From IMG/VR virus record IMGVR_UViG_3300025151_000029, positions 6,118 through 70,117 of that record: 64,000 nt of DNA; one strand, given 5' to 3'. The stretch is from a virus. Position 1 is the first letter of the stretch, and the number at the start of each line of letters is the position of its first letter. The position numbers and the translations under genes are program-made. The notes under the pieces are model-generated. The model was not told the origin of the DNA and did not search any database. It saw nothing but the letters and a program-made list of their open reading frames with translations. This document shows, in pieces, positions 1 through 11,900 of this stretch.

Positions 1-3000
1 CTAGCAGTGCCGCCTTCAAACCCTCGTAAGCATCAAGCTCTTCGGTGGTCATGCTGTCGGTGTTGACACCGAGTGGGTCAACCATCCCCTCATAAAGAAG
101 CTGTGTCGTGACATCCGTACCGCGCTCATAAAACCTGCGGAGAACTCCCAAACGATAAGCGCCTCGCGGGCTAAATACGACGTCAATCAACTGTCGGTTG
201 GCGTTCTTCTGGAAAGCCCAGAATGGGAGGAAAATGTTCACCAGCCAGTGACGATCACCCTTAGACATCGAGCCAGCGTAGTCATACAGCGCATCAATAG
301 TAAGACGTGCAGCTTTACGAGGCTCGACTCCCATCTCGACAAGCGTCATCATAGCGCCGTATCGCTCACGCTCGCTCCAACCTTCAGCCATGTCTTCGGC
401 AATCTTGGTCATTTCTTCGTACGATATGGACCCTGGGATATTGACACCCAACAAGTCACCCTTTCGACCAAGCTCTCTAGCCTTTGCATCGTCGAGGAAC
501 TGAGACCCTATGCGTCGAATCTTTACACCCAACTCCGCAGTATCGAACGAAGCAGATAGCCCTTCTTCGACTCCGATACGTCGCAGGTCTGCGAAAGCAT
601 GCGGTACACCGTCAACGACAAGGAAGCCGTCTCGAGCCTCCAACACACTGTTGAGATCCCCACGCCACTTAGACGACCGCATCAAACGGGCCGCCCAGTC
701 GGCACCCTTATCGCCAGCAGAAGTCAGTGCCTGGCGCATAACCTCGCCCGCTTCATCCTTACCTGCTTTTTGAATGCCGAACAGCGCTCCCTGGAACACT
801 GGGTTTGATGCAAACGTCTGCGGCAAAATACGCATCGTAGATATGAACGCAGGGCGGAATCCGACGACCTGGCTCATTTGATTGAAGTGGTCCATCGTGT
901 TCATCCAGAAATACCTGGACTTCAGCAAAAAGTGGCCCCGAACCATACGAGTTTTGATCGTACGCATGGTCCAGGCGGCAGCGAGTTGGTTGTAGCTTTC
1001 AGCCGACTTGAGACCCTTACCAAGGGCCTCGAGCATGTCACCGCTGAACTCACGCAAATCAGGGTCAGTAGCCTGCTCCAAAGCCATCGAAAGCTTTTTC
1101 CGCGCTGACTTAGGTACGTAAAAACCCAACCCATCGAGATCCGATGCTTCCAAGAATCGAGGGTTGTACCCTTGTGTCTGGAATACTTCGCGTACTTTCT
1201 GAAGCTGAGCCGGATCATCGACGGCCTCACCCCGAATCCATCGCTTGAATGCCGCTGCCGTCTTGGCGTCAGTTGCGATTCCAAGATCAACCCATCGCAA
1301 CCGAGCAGCAATTGCTTGTCCGTGGCCCGCAATCAAACAAGTCACACGGTTGGCAACAGGCTCATCCGTAGGTTCTCTCATCGGGAATCGCCGCTCGATG
1401 TCCTTGTAGAGCATCTTAAACTGATCTGCTGACTCACCCACGAATCGCTTACCGTTCCGCTCAGATTGACCCGTGATGTGAAAGATCGTCTCAAGCATGT
1501 CCAGGTGCTTCGGCTCAATGTTTTGATCTGGCTTGAGACCCGTCGCCTTGAACATGTCGGAAACCAGCACACTACCGTTCTTACTGAAAACGATCTCGTC
1601 GAAGGCATCCTTGACGGCTGGTTGTGTAATAGCCTTAGTGAAGGTCAGCTTAGTGCCTGGTCTACCTGAGTTAAACAAGTCTTGCATTACCGCAAATGCT
1701 TGTCGTTTCTTGCCGCCTGCAGCCGACATTGTCTCCAAGTAGTCCTGAATATGTGTCGCAGATGAGCCCATCATGTCGTGCCCAGCGCTCAAAGCGTTGC
1801 GTCCAGATTTAAACTTGATTTGCGGATCACCTGTAATGAAGCGCACCAACTTGTTCCCGCTTGCCGCACCCTCGTGAATCAGGGTGACCGTATCACCGAT
1901 TGCTTGTTGCGTGATCCGCACACCAGCCATGATTGCCTTACGTACTGTCGGTGGCAGGTCTCGCATGTCCTCAATAGCATCGCCGCCCAGGTACGCGTTT
2001 CTCGCGTAACGAACCAACGGCCTGGACGTCTTGATGTACTGATCGATCATCTGCGTTGGGTCCATCTCGCGGATGGCATCAACTTCGCTATCCAGTGCAA
2101 TCTTCCTCGTCGCAGGTGTGCCCGTCATCCGCTTACGGCTCGCGTACGCTGCTGCACCACGAGCAAACTCAAGCATCGTGAACGAAGACTTTGCCTTGGG
2201 TGCAAGTAGTCCACCAACCTGAACAGGGCCGGGCAACTCAATCCGAACATCATCGCTCGGGTTCTTCGCGTACTTCTTACCTGCTTCCTCGACCAGAGCC
2301 TTGAGTTGCTTCACCGATATTGGGTGACCCAACCGATCCGACTCTCGCGCGATCGACATCAAAAAGTCTTGACCGACAGTCTTTGGCAAGTCGTCAACGA
2401 GGGCTCGGCTGATTGCTTTGAAGATGTTTGGCGCTGCCTGCTCCGTCGGGTTGGCCCCAATCAGGATGTCATCGAACACTTCCTCGATCTCGGACGATGG
2501 CTTGAACGACGCGCCGTCTGCCGCTGCGTTTTTAGCCGATGCGAATCGTTCGAGCAGACTGTTCTTCACGCGCTCAAAAGCCGACTCTGATTGAGTCGTC
2601 GGTGGTGGTCGACCTTTTGCGTACTCTGAGAACGCCTTCGCAAACGCCTCTTCTGCTTGCGCAACGGTTGCCGGATCATCAGCAACAAATGACGCTCCCT
2701 TGTGAGCAACCTTGATTCCCTTTGTCGCGAGCCACTGAGTGACCGAGCCCATCTGATCAGAACTCAACTCACGACGTGCAACCTGAGTAATGTTCAGTAC
2801 GAGATCTTCGACCGTCGGAGCCTCTTCCATCGCCCGTACAGTCTTCTGCGCATCTTCGACAAAGTTAGTAATGTCCTCAGGCTTTGCCGCAGCTTTGGCT
2901 TTTTTGGTCGCGACATCCGCGGTCAACACGTCATCAGTCAGTCTGTTAAGATCGGACGCGTCAACAACGTACCGTGTTGTTTCCACCGGCTTACCGTCAA

Positions 3001-6000
3001 GCTTCGCAATGAACTCCAAGTTGTTGTCCAAATCGAGTAACTGATCCCGTAAACGAACCATTCGGCGGTAAGCGTCATCAAGCGAAAATCCATAGGCTTG
3101 CTCGAAAGCAACGGCATCAATCTCTACGTCGTTACCGCTTCTATTACTTTTTGTCGCTATGTTTGGGTCAACCAAATCTAGTTCTTCAGCAAATCTCTCC
3201 CATTCCCAATACAACCTTGCCTCATCGGCTTCATCCGGCCCGACATATGGTTTGGTGAGAGGGCGGAACAAATTATCACTTTCTTCAATATCCCCACGAG
3301 CAAGTAGATAATCTCTTAAATCTTGCCGGAACTTTTTCGTGGATCTAGATTCGTAACTATCAATCAAGTCGTCTACAGTTTTGCGCGCTTCAATCGCTTC
3401 AGGGTTTGGTTCTCGCGAGATAATTTTCTTGATGGGCAGCCCTTGTTCGATCAGCCGCTCATAAATGCGTTGAGCTTCAGGAGAGGGGTTGACATCACTC
3501 GAGAACCCAAGCCCTTGTGACTTAGCCCTCTGCATCGCAACTTTGTAGAGTGTGGTTGCGATACCTCGACCTTTCAACTCATCGGGAAGCTCAATCGACT
3601 TAACGACAAGGTTGTTACCCTCGACTTTCACGACCATGCCAGGAATGAAATCGAGATCCTCAGCTAAACCGATAGTCTCCTCGGCCTTTCCTTCAGCGAT
3701 TCTACGAAGATTCTCAAGCTCTACAAGTCGTTGTGATCGAATCGCCTCGGCTTCACGGACACGCGCCTCAGCCAAGTCACGCTTAAACATACGAATCTCG
3801 ACATCATTTACCGCAAGTACAACCGCATCATCTGAGCGATCCATCGCAGCTTCGATGGCGGCACTTGGCTGATCAAGCATGTTTCGCGCGGTCGGAGAAT
3901 TTGCGGCCTCGAGCGCATCCAATTCGTCGAGTGCTTTTTCAAAGTCCTTTTGTGCGTCAATCACCTTCTGCTTCGCAGTCTCATGTTGAGCCGCGACCTC
4001 AGGATTTCTACGCAAATATTCTTTGGGCAAGAAAGTTTTGACCTTCTCGTTTTTTGTAAGTGTGTCAATCAAGTCAGACTTACGGAGCCTGGAAACACCT
4101 CTGATACCTTTGGCTTTTGCCAACGCCTTCAGTTCCTTGACAGTCTTTGTCGTCAACTGAGCCGTAAAATCTGTCATGTCTTCACGTTCTAGACGCTCAG
4201 AAATGTTGCGCGTAAACTCACGAACTTCGTCAGAAGTAAGAAGTTCGTCGCCTTCATCAAGCTTAGAAAACTTCGGGTCAGTGACAATGCCAGGTACATC
4301 CTCGACAGTTTCCTTAGACACCTTGCCGACAGCTTGAGCCGCCTGATCGGACACCGACGCCTTGCGCTTCATATCAGGAATGATGTTCTTGAAGTCCCGT
4401 GTCTCGTAGATAATGCTGATGTCTTCGCCAGTCCGGCGGTGAATAGCTTTGAGGCGGTCATCCAAGTTCCGGGCAACGTGCATCGCCGCGTTACCGCGCA
4501 TCGCAGGGAAAGCTTCTTCGAGTTCGTTGCGGAACTGCAATGCAGTGCCAGAAATCTTACCTGTGCCGACTTCTTCATAACGATTCATGACAGTCTGAAT
4601 GATCGGCTCGATCTTCACCTTCTCCTGCTTAGCCAAAGCCTGTCGTGCGAATGCATGTGCCGCCCCTCGGGATTCGGCCATAGCTGCGACTGACTTAGTC
4701 ACATCGATCAGTTGCTGATTCAAATCAGCGGCCTCTACAGCCTTTGCGCTGGCGGCTTGTACACGCTTTGCTTTTCTGTGTGCGCTCGTAATCGGCACCA
4801 GAAGATCTTCGACAATCGTCCGGCCTGTCTTGCTCGGTTTCGTGGTGATCTTGTCAACAAAAGGCCTGAGAGCCTCGTCGAACGCCGACGGACTTTCAGC
4901 CAAAATCTTAGCCGCCTTTGTGCTCCGCATGAACGCCAGGGCGTCTTGGATGGCATTCGTCGTCTCTTCTTTCTGGGTTTTCGAACGGACGCGACTGAAC
5001 CCTCGTGAAGCAAGCTCATCTGAGAAGTCCTTCATCAATTTGTCCATCGCAGTCGCCTGAACTTCAGCGACAAACGTGTCAGAGACGTCACCAGCATCAA
5101 TCTGGCGAGACATGTCACTCAACCGATCAAGCTTACGACTCAAATCGAAGAACTCAGGAAACTCGACAATCTGGCCCTCGGAGTCACCACGGGCCGCAAC
5201 ACGCTCGACGGATGGGTGTACATAGTCTCTACGAAGCCCAAAGTCGGAGAACCCCAAACTGTCCTCGTATGACTTGGTATTACGTCCCATAAGCAAGGGT
5301 ACGTCACGAGCAATCTCAGTCGCTACTTCAGAATCAGTCCGGTCAACCAACTCCATGACCGGCTTCATTTCCTTACGGACACTCTTCTCAGCCGTCTCTG
5401 CTGTTCGAGCAAACTTCTTAGCCTGCTCAAGGAGATTGCGACCGCCGTCCATGTCGCCTTCCGCGAACTTCTCGGAAGCTCTTTTGATAAGCTTCTGAGC
5501 CTCAATCATGTCGTTCGCAGCGGTCCCCATTCGATCAAGTGTCTGAGGCACGTAGCGCCGCTTGATGATGGGCTTGATTGCTTTAGCGCCCTTAGCAGTT
5601 TTACTGACGACACCCGCCAGCCCGAAAGTCGGGTCAGGTATCAGAACATCGGCCGCGACACCAACAGCGGCAAGACCCAAAGCTTTCACCCCACTGTCTC
5701 GAGCCGCGTCAGTAGACAAAAGTACCTTCGTAAAGTTTTTCTGATCACGCAGACCCTGAACCGAACCCTCTTTCAGTGCTTCCATTACAGACTCACCTTC
5801 GGGTCCCTTCAGCGCACGTTCGAGTGCTCCTGAACCGAGACTCAGCAATACATCGAGCTTTGAGGCTACAGAATCAAAGCTACCCTGCGCCCGGAAGACG
5901 GGCATATTATTGTCGTCCAGACCAAGCATCTGGACTCGATTGCGACTTCCCTCAAATAAAAGTCGCTTGAAATAGTTATCGCCCTTTCCGTAACGCTCTT

Positions 6001-7546
6001 CACCCATGACGTTCTTGGGATCCATAAATTCATACGACACCAAGGCAGGTACACCCAGCTTGTTGGTCGTGACGTACAGGGCTGCATGCCGTGTGTTGAC
6101 CTGCCGCAGATATTCGCGAATCTTGTGCTCTTTTGAACCTTCTACCCCGGCTCGCAACTTGAATTCTTCGGAGCTAATACCCAGTTTTTGTGCCGCCTTA
6201 TCGACATCGTAAGTGAGTCCGACGTTCATGAGATCATTAAATGCAGAATCTGCAACCGTCTCTCGGAGCGTGGCGCCACCACCCTCACTATACTTAGCTA
6301 GCGTCTGAGAAATCAGTCTTGCGCGCTCAGGATCAGCGGCAAACTTCTCGTTGATCTGACCCTGAACCTCACGCTCATACCGGTCATGAGCAGGCGATCC
6401 TGGTTGAGCAACCTCGTTCTCTGCACGTCCGCCCTTCGATTCCTCATCGGTGACCAGGCGGAATGATCGACCGTCATTGCGTTGTAGACGGTCCAGCATC
6501 TGAGATCGTTTACGGGCCTTCAGATTCTCGATACTCTGACCCTTCGGGGATGTCTTTGCCGCCTCTCTCAGCAATCGATTCGCTTGACCAAGAAACGCTT
6601 GGCGCTTCTTAACTGCCACATCAGTTTGATCGCCGGGCTTCTCAAACTTGATCATGAACTGCTTTGTAAGCTCGTTCGCATCTGCTGTAGGGTCTCTAAA
6701 TCCTGCAAGCTCATCACGACTCTTTGTCGCCTTGATGATCTGCTCCATCTGGAATCGCGGATCTTGAAGCTGCTCTACAGTAAAGTTTCGACCCTCGCCT
6801 GAACCAGCACGATTGAACTGCCACACACCGTGCGAGTCTTCATTGACGGGGTTCACAGCCATGGGATCAAGTCTGCTCTCAGCAAACCCATTTGCAAGGA
6901 TCGCAGCCATTTGATCTTGGCTGAACCCTGCGTCTGAACCCATCTCGTATACAATCTCAGCTACCGCAAGCTGACGCTTACTCGGGTCTTTGAGTTTCGT
7001 GAAGTCATACTCTTTCTTCGGTCGAGCAGTTGCAAGCTCCTCTGCGCTCAGTTCGATTTCTTTCTCGCCTGAAAGGACTCTCGCTTGACCATACTGATTA
7101 ATTTGGTCGGCGCGCAAAGCAGTGAGACGCTTCTTACGAATCTCCCTCATGCCCTTCTTACGTTCATTAAGAGGCTTGAATGAGACCATCCCACCGTCTT
7201 CGAGTGTCTTGAAGACGTCCTTCGCATCGTTGCCACGTTGCCCAATCTCAGTGACCAGCACACCGAGATCCAAGCCCTGGTTTGCTGCCGCGCGAGCGAA
7301 CTGCTTATCGGTCAACCCCAGACGCTTGCTGTGTGTCTTTATGACCTCAGGCAGCGACAACGCACGGCCTGCAGCGTCGGGAGAGGCCATCGGATCGAGT
7401 GCGGAAGATCTCCGGTACTGAATCTCAGATGCCAAGTTGTCGAGTTGAAGATCGACACTATCGAATTCGATCTCATCTTTCTCCTCGGGGGAGTCGTACT
7501 CGATCTCTAGGGCATCTTGTGTTTTGATCGGCTCTACTTCAGACAC
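1..7546 (-). CDS. Giant internal virion/ejection protein of polyvalent type (>2,515 aa, runs off left edge); phage-tail-lysozyme-like, GNAT-like and degenerate zincin-like domains
   Basis: GTG at 7546 behind AGGTG (MSEVEPIKTQDALEIE...). The ORF track lists no terminated ORF in this frame, and the segments I translated are open down to position 2 (...AYEGLKAALL). Motifs: AAILANGFAESRLDP..HGVWQFN..FEKP (~6600-6950), ELKGRGIATTLY (~3545-3580), EEAFAKAFSEY..G.PP (~2600-2660). Confidence 0.85.
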   Translation of the reverse strand, partial: MSEVEPIKTQDALEIEYDSPEEKDEIEFDSVDLQLDNLASEIQYRRSSALDPMASPDAAGRALSLPEVIKTHSKRLGLTDKQFARAAANQGLDLGVLVTEIGQRGNDAKDVFKTLEDGGMVSFKPLNERKKGMREIRKKRLTALRADQINQYGQARVLSGEKEIELSAEELATARPKKEYDFTKLKDPSKRQLAVAEIVYEMGSDAGFSQDQMAAILANGFAESRLDPMAVNPVNEDSHGVWQFNRAGSGEGRNFTVEQLQDPRFQMEQIIKATKSRDELAGFRDPTADANELTKQFMIKFEKPGDQTDVAVKKRQAFLGQANRLLREAAKTSPKGQSIENLKARKRSQMLDRLQRNDGRSFRLVTDEESKGGRAENEVAQPGSPAHDRYEREVQGQINEKFAADPERARLISQTLAKYSEGGGATLRETVADSAFNDLMNVGLTYDVDKAAQKLGISSEEFKLRAGVEGSKEHKIREYLRQVNTRHAALYVTTNKLGVPALVSYEFMDPKNVMGEERYGKGDNYFKRLLFEGSRNRVQMLGLDDNNMPVFRAQGSFDSVASKLDVLLSLGSGALERALKGPEGESVMEALKEGSVQGLRDQKNFTKVLLSTDAARDSGVKALGLAAVGVAADVLIPDPTFGLAGVVSKTAKGAKAIKPIIKRRYVPQTLDRMGTAANDMIEAQKLIKRASEKFAEGDMDGGRNLLEQAKKFARTAETAEKSVRKEMKPVMELVDRTDSEVATEIARDVPLLMGRNTKSYEDSLGFSDFGLRRDYVHPSVERVAARGDSEGQIVEFPEFFDLSRKLDRLSDMSRQIDAGDVSDTFVAEVQATAMDKLMKDFSDELASRGFSRVRSKTQKEETTNAIQDALAFMRSTKAAKILAESPSAFDEALRPFVDKITTKPSKTGRTIVEDLLVPITSAHRKAKRVQAASAKAVEAADLNQQLIDVTKSVAAMAESRGAAHAFARQALAKQEKVKIEPIIQTVMNRYEEVGTGKISGTALQFRNELEEAFPAMRGNAAMHVARNLDDRLKAIHRRTGEDISIIYETRDFKNIIPDMKRKASVSDQAAQAVGKVSKETVEDVPGIVTDPKFSKLDEGDELLTSDEVREFTRNISERLEREDMTDFTAQLTTKTVKELKALAKAKGIRGVSRLRKSDLIDTLTKNEKVKTFLPKEYLRRNPEVAAQHETAKQKVIDAQKDFEKALDELDALEAANSPTARNMLDQPSAAIEAAMDRSDDAVVLAVNDVEIRMFKRDLAEARVREAEAIRSQRLVELENLRRIAEGKAEETIGLAEDLDFIPGMVVKVEGNNLVVKSIELPDELKGRGIATTLYKVAMQRAKSQGLGFSSDVNPSPEAQRIYERLIEQGLPIKKIISREPNPEAIEARKTVDDLIDSYESRSTKKFRQDLRDYLLARGDIEESDNLFRPLTKPYVGPDEADEARLYWEWERFAEELDLVDPNIATKSNRSGNDVEIDAVAFEQAYGFSLDDAYRRMVRLRDQLLDLDNNLEFIAKLDGKPVETTRYVVDASDLNRLTDDVLTADVATKKAKAAAKPEDITNFVEDAQKTVRAMEEAPTVEDLVLNITQVARRELSSDQMGSVTQWLATKGIKVAHKGASFVADDPATVAQAEEAFAKAFSEYAKGRPPPTTQSESAFERVKNSLLERFASAKNAAADGASFKPSSEIEEVFDDILIGANPTEQAAPNIFKAISRALVDDLPKTVGQDFLMSIARESDRLGHPISVKQLKALVEEAGKKYAKNPSDDVRIELPGPVQVGGLLAPKAKSSFTMLEFARGAAAYASRKRMTGTPATRKIALDSEVDAIREMDPTQMIDQYIKTSRPLVRYARNAYLGGDAIEDMRDLPPTVRKAIMAGVRITQQAIGDTVTLIHEGAASGNKLVRFITGDPQIKFKSGRNALSAGHDMMGSSATHIQDYLETMSAAGGKKRQAFAVMQDLFNSGRPGTKLTFTKAITQPAVKDAFDEIVFSKNGSVLVSDMFKATGLKPDQNIEPKHLDMLETIFHITGQSERNGKRFVGESADQFKMLYKDIERRFPMREPTDEPVANRVTCLIAGHGQAIAARLRWVDLGIATDAKTAAAFKRWIRGEAVDDPAQLQKVREVFQTQGYNPRFLEASDLDGLGFYVPKSARKKLSMALEQATDPDLREFSGDMLEALGKGLKSAESYNQLAAAWTMRTIKTRMVRGHFLLKSRYFWMNTMDHFNQMSQVVGFRPAFISTMRILPQTFASNPVFQGALFGIQKAGKDEAGEVMRQALTSAGDKGADWAARLMRSSKWRGDLNSVLEARDGFLVVDGVPHAFADLRRIGVEEGLSASFDTAELGVKIRRIGSQFLDDAKARELGRKGDLLGVNIPGSISYEEMTKIAEDMAEGWSERERYGAMMTLVEMGVEPRKAARLTIDALYDYAGSMSKGDRHWLVNIFLPFWAFQKNANRQLIDVVFSPRGAYRLGVLRRFYERGTDVTTQLLYEGMVDPLGVNTDSMTTEELDAYEGLKAALL

Positions 7547-7566
7547 TGCAGCACCTACGGTAATGA

Positions 7567-8619
7567 TTACTCATTGTCAGCTACGGCTACGCCGTCCATC
7601 CCAGCGCGCTCCATCATTTCTCTATAGTTATTATAAGCGTTATCAAGCTCACTTCTACGCGTGGCTAATATTTCTCGTTCAGCCAATCGACCCCTTACTT
7701 CCTCAGTGAGCTTGTTGTGAATCGATACGAGTTTCCTGAGCGCATCTCTATCCAGTATCTTAACGCCTGTCTTTCCCGCGCTACCGTATCGCTCAATCAA
7801 AGCCTTCACTGCAGGCTCAGTCGATTCTCTGGCTACGACAGACATAGCGGTCACGTCAGGGTTATTATAGTATCCGACAAAGTACCCACGGTCATCCGTG
7901 TTCCGGGCAGCTTTGAATTTAAGTACGTTGCCTTCTGTAAGAACACGCCCAATCAGTTTCATAAGCTCTTTTGTCGTGTTGATCTGATTATCAAGTTCAC
8001 CCATACGGGCGATTGGTGCGGCACGCTTTTGGTCAATACGCTCAAGACCCTTCATCATGTCTTCGCGCGACTTGCCTTTTGGTAGGAACAAAACTCCGGG
8101 CCCCGTACCTTCTTCCCTCTCAGCGCGAAGAGTATAGGGGCGCTCCTCTGAACGAGGCCCCGCCCCGCTAGTAGGCATTCCAAACGGGCCGATGAACGGA
8201 CCCTCATAATAACCCGTCTCGGGAGCTTCAATCGCCCCCCGCTCTCGTATAAACGCCTTGCGTGCCTCACGCTTTGCTTTCAAGGCTGCTTGTTTCTTCT
8301 CAAAGTCTTTTTGACCCTTGAAAAACTCAGCGAGTACAGAATCCTGACCCGCAGTGCCGATTGCTTGCTGCGTAGCAGAACCTGCCGGCGCACCACTTGA
8401 TGCGGGTGGAGCAGGTGGTTCTTCAGTAATGGTAACCGTAGGCTCTGTTGAATCCCCGACTACAGTGGTAGCATCGCCCGAACTCGTCACTGCCGTACTA
8501 ACTGGCTCGGTGTTAATCGGTTGCGAATCGTCTTGATTGGTAGCCGCAGGCACTTGGGCAACCTTCTTTCCGATACCAAACGCACCAAAAGCGGATGCTG
8601 GAATCTTTACTCCTGACAT
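7567..8619 (-). CDS. Hypothetical virion-associated protein (350 aa)
   Basis: Long ORF coupled to upstream gene (shared base 8619) within the internal-protein cluster. Confidence 0.65.
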   Translation of the reverse strand: MSGVKIPASAFGAFGIGKKVAQVPAATNQDDSQPINTEPVSTAVTSSGDATTVVGDSTEPTVTITEEPPAPPASSGAPAGSATQQAIGTAGQDSVLAEFFKGQKDFEKKQAALKAKREARKAFIRERGAIEAPETGYYEGPFIGPFGMPTSGAGPRSEERPYTLRAEREEGTGPGVLFLPKGKSREDMMKGLERIDQKRAAPIARMGELDNQINTTKELMKLIGRVLTEGNVLKFKAARNTDDRGYFVGYYNNPDVTAMSVVARESTEPAVKALIERYGSAGKTGVKILDRDALRKLVSIHNKLTEEVRGRLAEREILATRRSELDNAYNNYREMMERAGMDGVAVADNE

Positions 8620-8999
8620 TACTTACCCTCGGCCAGCAACTCACCAAGTTGCGCATAAAGATTATCGAGATCCTTTTCCTTCTTGGCCGCTGCCGCACGA
8701 TCTTCCATATCGGTCCTATACTTCTTCGCGCTCACAAGACCTTCGATGAGACCCTGCATACCACCGGATCCGCCACCAAGCAGAGAGCCCATAGCGCTCG
8801 TAACTTGCTCCGCATGAGCGTCACGATCAAAACCCTCTTGCTGATAGAACTTGTCGCGCCTACTCGACAGACTTTTTGCTACGGCAGGTTTCTTCGCCGG
8901 AGTAACGATAGGCTTTTTCTTCAGTGAAGTCTCGCCCGGCGCAGTCATCGCACCAGAGGAAAGCTTAGGTACACCACTAATCTCGGGCATTTCAGCCAT
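8619..8999 (-). CDS. Hypothetical protein (126 aa)
   Basis: Start and stop overlap both neighbours. Confidence 0.6.
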   Translation of the reverse strand: MAEMPEISGVPKLSSGAMTAPGETSLKKKPIVTPAKKPAVAKSLSSRRDKFYQQEGFDRDAHAEQVTSAMGSLLGGGSGGMQGLIEGLVSAKKYRTDMEDRAAAAKKEKDLDNLYAQLGELLAEGK

Positions 9000-11900
9000 T
9001 ACTGCAACTCCTGTCCCGTCACACGAGCAAGCTCAGACCTATCCCTCAAGGCCTGAAGCCCCTCAGAAAGCTTAACTCTTTTATCGTCGACTTCATCTTG
9101 ATCGACCTCTGGAGTTTTCGGAGCCGCAGGAGTCTTTGCAGGCTCGGTATTCTGACCAACAACTGGTGGGGTCGACTTGACCTTGTTCTGACCCTCAACT
9201 TGAACGGCATCCGCTTTTTCTTCCGCGAAAGGATCTTCACTACCAAAAACTTGAGTGAAGACGTTCTTGATCCGCTCTTTCTTAGTGGTCTTAGGTGCTG
9301 GCGCCTTCTTAGCCTCAAGCTGAGCCGCGATATCCTTCGCCTTCGCCGCAATCTCTTCACGCTGAGACGTCATATCTGTTGGTTTCCGGGCAGGCGCATC
9401 TGTCTTAATCTCGCCCTTGGACTCAGGCTCACCCGCAGCAGCCTCGATGGCAGCCTTGTCGAGAGCCGTTCCGACTGGGTCAGGATCGGCCGTCTCTGCT
9501 GCCTCAGCATCTGCCTTTCGCTTGGCCTCTGCGGCTTTCGCTTTCTTTGCCTCCTCGCTCTCGGGAGTAGCACGAAGCGCATCTTCTACATCAGTAGGAA
9601 GCTCCACAGTTGGTGGCGGAGGCGGGAACTCATCTTCAATCCTCGGGGGAGGTGCCGAAAGAGCATCGATGTCCTCATCAGAAAGAACTTCAACCGGCTT
9701 CGCCTCTACAGGGGCCGGCTGTGCTGGTGGGGGAGCAACGACGTCCATATCAACTGCTGACACGTCAAGATCCGCAGCCTCTCGGGTCGGTGCGGGCTCA
9801 GCGCTCGGTGCCATTCGCTCGGGCTGGAGACCACGGCCTTCGACCAGAACATAGCCCTCGGGTACCTCAGGACCGGGAAGTCCCTGCCGGTTCGCATCCT
9901 GAGATCGCGCCGTCCAGGTGCGAATCGTAGACTCCTCCTCCTCAGTCAACGGAGCAGGCTCCCTTTCAGTAGGCAGGCCCAACTCGTCAACGGTCGCAAC
10001 GAGGTCTTCACGTTCGTCGGGTCGCTCACCCATTTCTGCGGCTGACTGAGCGATTTGCTCCGTGATCGGAGCTTCAGGAACCGGGCGCGTCCCGTACGGA
10101 GTATTCTCATAACCTTCTGGAGGTTCCGGCTTTTCGCCCGCTGGGGCGTTGCGGTACGCCTCATCGTATTGTTCGATGACCTGCTTTTGCTCGGGAGTCA
10201 GTGCGTCGTACTCAGCCTTTGCCATCGCCTGCTCTGTCGTTGACTCATTCGGTACGCCCGCCCCAACCTCAATGTCTTGCTCATCACTGAACGGTTCTTC
10301 GTCAGCATCCCGGTCGAGATCGACAAACTTCATACCGCCAATCACGCGCTCGTTACTAAACGTCTGAGTCGAGCGTGGATCGAAATCCGAGACGGACTTC
10401 AGTCCCATCGACTCCAGCGTTACAGGCCCCCGCTGCGCCTCGACTTGATCCCAGTACTCAGAGTTTAGCCCGCTCGTATCAGGTTCACCTTCAAGCGCTT
10501 CAAATGCGTGCGTTTGAGGGAACATATCTGCGTCAAGGTCCTCAACAGTTACCGGACGTGAACTAAAGTTGCCGGATCCTGGAGGAGATTCCTCCGCAAT
10601 CGCCACTCGACGAGCGGGTGCGTCTGCGACGGCGGCAAGTTCTTTTGCCCCGGCTTCATCTACCCCCTCTTCGCTAAGCTCGAAAAGCTCACCTGACTCA
10701 TCGATTCTGTACACCGTACCGTCAGCTTGAACCAGATACTTTTGATCGCCTACACGCTTACCGACAATGACTCTGTCGGCCATGCTCTTTGCAACCATTG
10801 ATTCGTATTCATCTTGAGTTAGATGACGACCCGACTCATCGACGACAAACTGTCCTTTGTCTTGGGCCGCATCGCCGATATCCATGCCCGGCGCAGACTC
10901 ATCCACGGCCCTCTTAATTGCACCGCCCCTAAAGAAGAGCGCGCGCCGAGCCCGTCGATCGGTCGGTGTAGTCTTCTCAGGATCGCGAGCAACGATCTCA
11001 ATCTGATCGACATCACCAGGATTGAGAGTCACCGTCGGCGGCTCACGTCCAGGCACCATGACACGCACCACACCCGGACGATCCGCAGCGTGGTACTTCA
11101 GTCGCTCACCCTGAATCAACTCACCGTTGAGGCGAAACTGTACGATGTCCCCGGTACCAATCTTACGCATACCATAGCGACCCGCACCCCGCTTTTGCTG
11201 CCGATAAAACGCCATGATCGCAGGCAGGTCATCACGCCCCTGAACGTAGGTATCAAAGTCGAGCTTTCCGTCTTCGTCGGCATCAATCCGGCCAAGCTCA
11301 TCAAAGCCATTGTCGGCAGCCCATGACTGGAATGCCGTGCTGGCAACGCTGATTCCCATGTTCTGGCGAAGCTTTTCCGCTCGATCAGGCTTCTCCTGCA
11401 TGACTTTTTTCTGAAGAGCTTTCAATCGTTCAGTGCTGGCTTCAAGCTCTTCGAAGTCATCCATTTGATCTTCGAGCGCATCCATGTCATCGATGCTGAA
11501 CGTCTGCGGATTCTCGAGAACAGTCTGAACCTGCTCTACCATATCAGCGCTGCTGCTCAAGAGTTCTTTGACAGCATCATCCGTCAATGCAAGCTGAGTG
11601 TCTTCAAGCTCACCCGCCTTCGTACCCAAATCATTTAGAGCGCCCTCGACCTTCGCAAGGGCTGCGGCGTCTGCTTCCATCGCCCGGTTGTAGACGCGAA
11701 GTTCATTTGAATCGCCTTCATCAGCCCACGCCCGCACTTGCATCGCAGACATAATGCCATTCTGCAAAAGCGGATTGACGTTTCTATCTTCACTCAACAA
11801 GTCGTCAACGTTCGTTACGACGCCATTCTCGTCTATGTCCAAGATGCCGTCATTTTTTTCTTCGAACTTCCTGAGAAGTTCTCGTAAAGCACCCCGATGT

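Noticed and set aside
7539-7574. ATG at 7574 as start of the giant gene
   Set aside because: That frame stops after 11 codons; GTG 7546 is in the open frame
248-7709. Many short ORFs in the track (plus strand and alternative minus frame)
   Set aside because: Shadows of the giant minus-strand gene; no RBS or recognisable motifs
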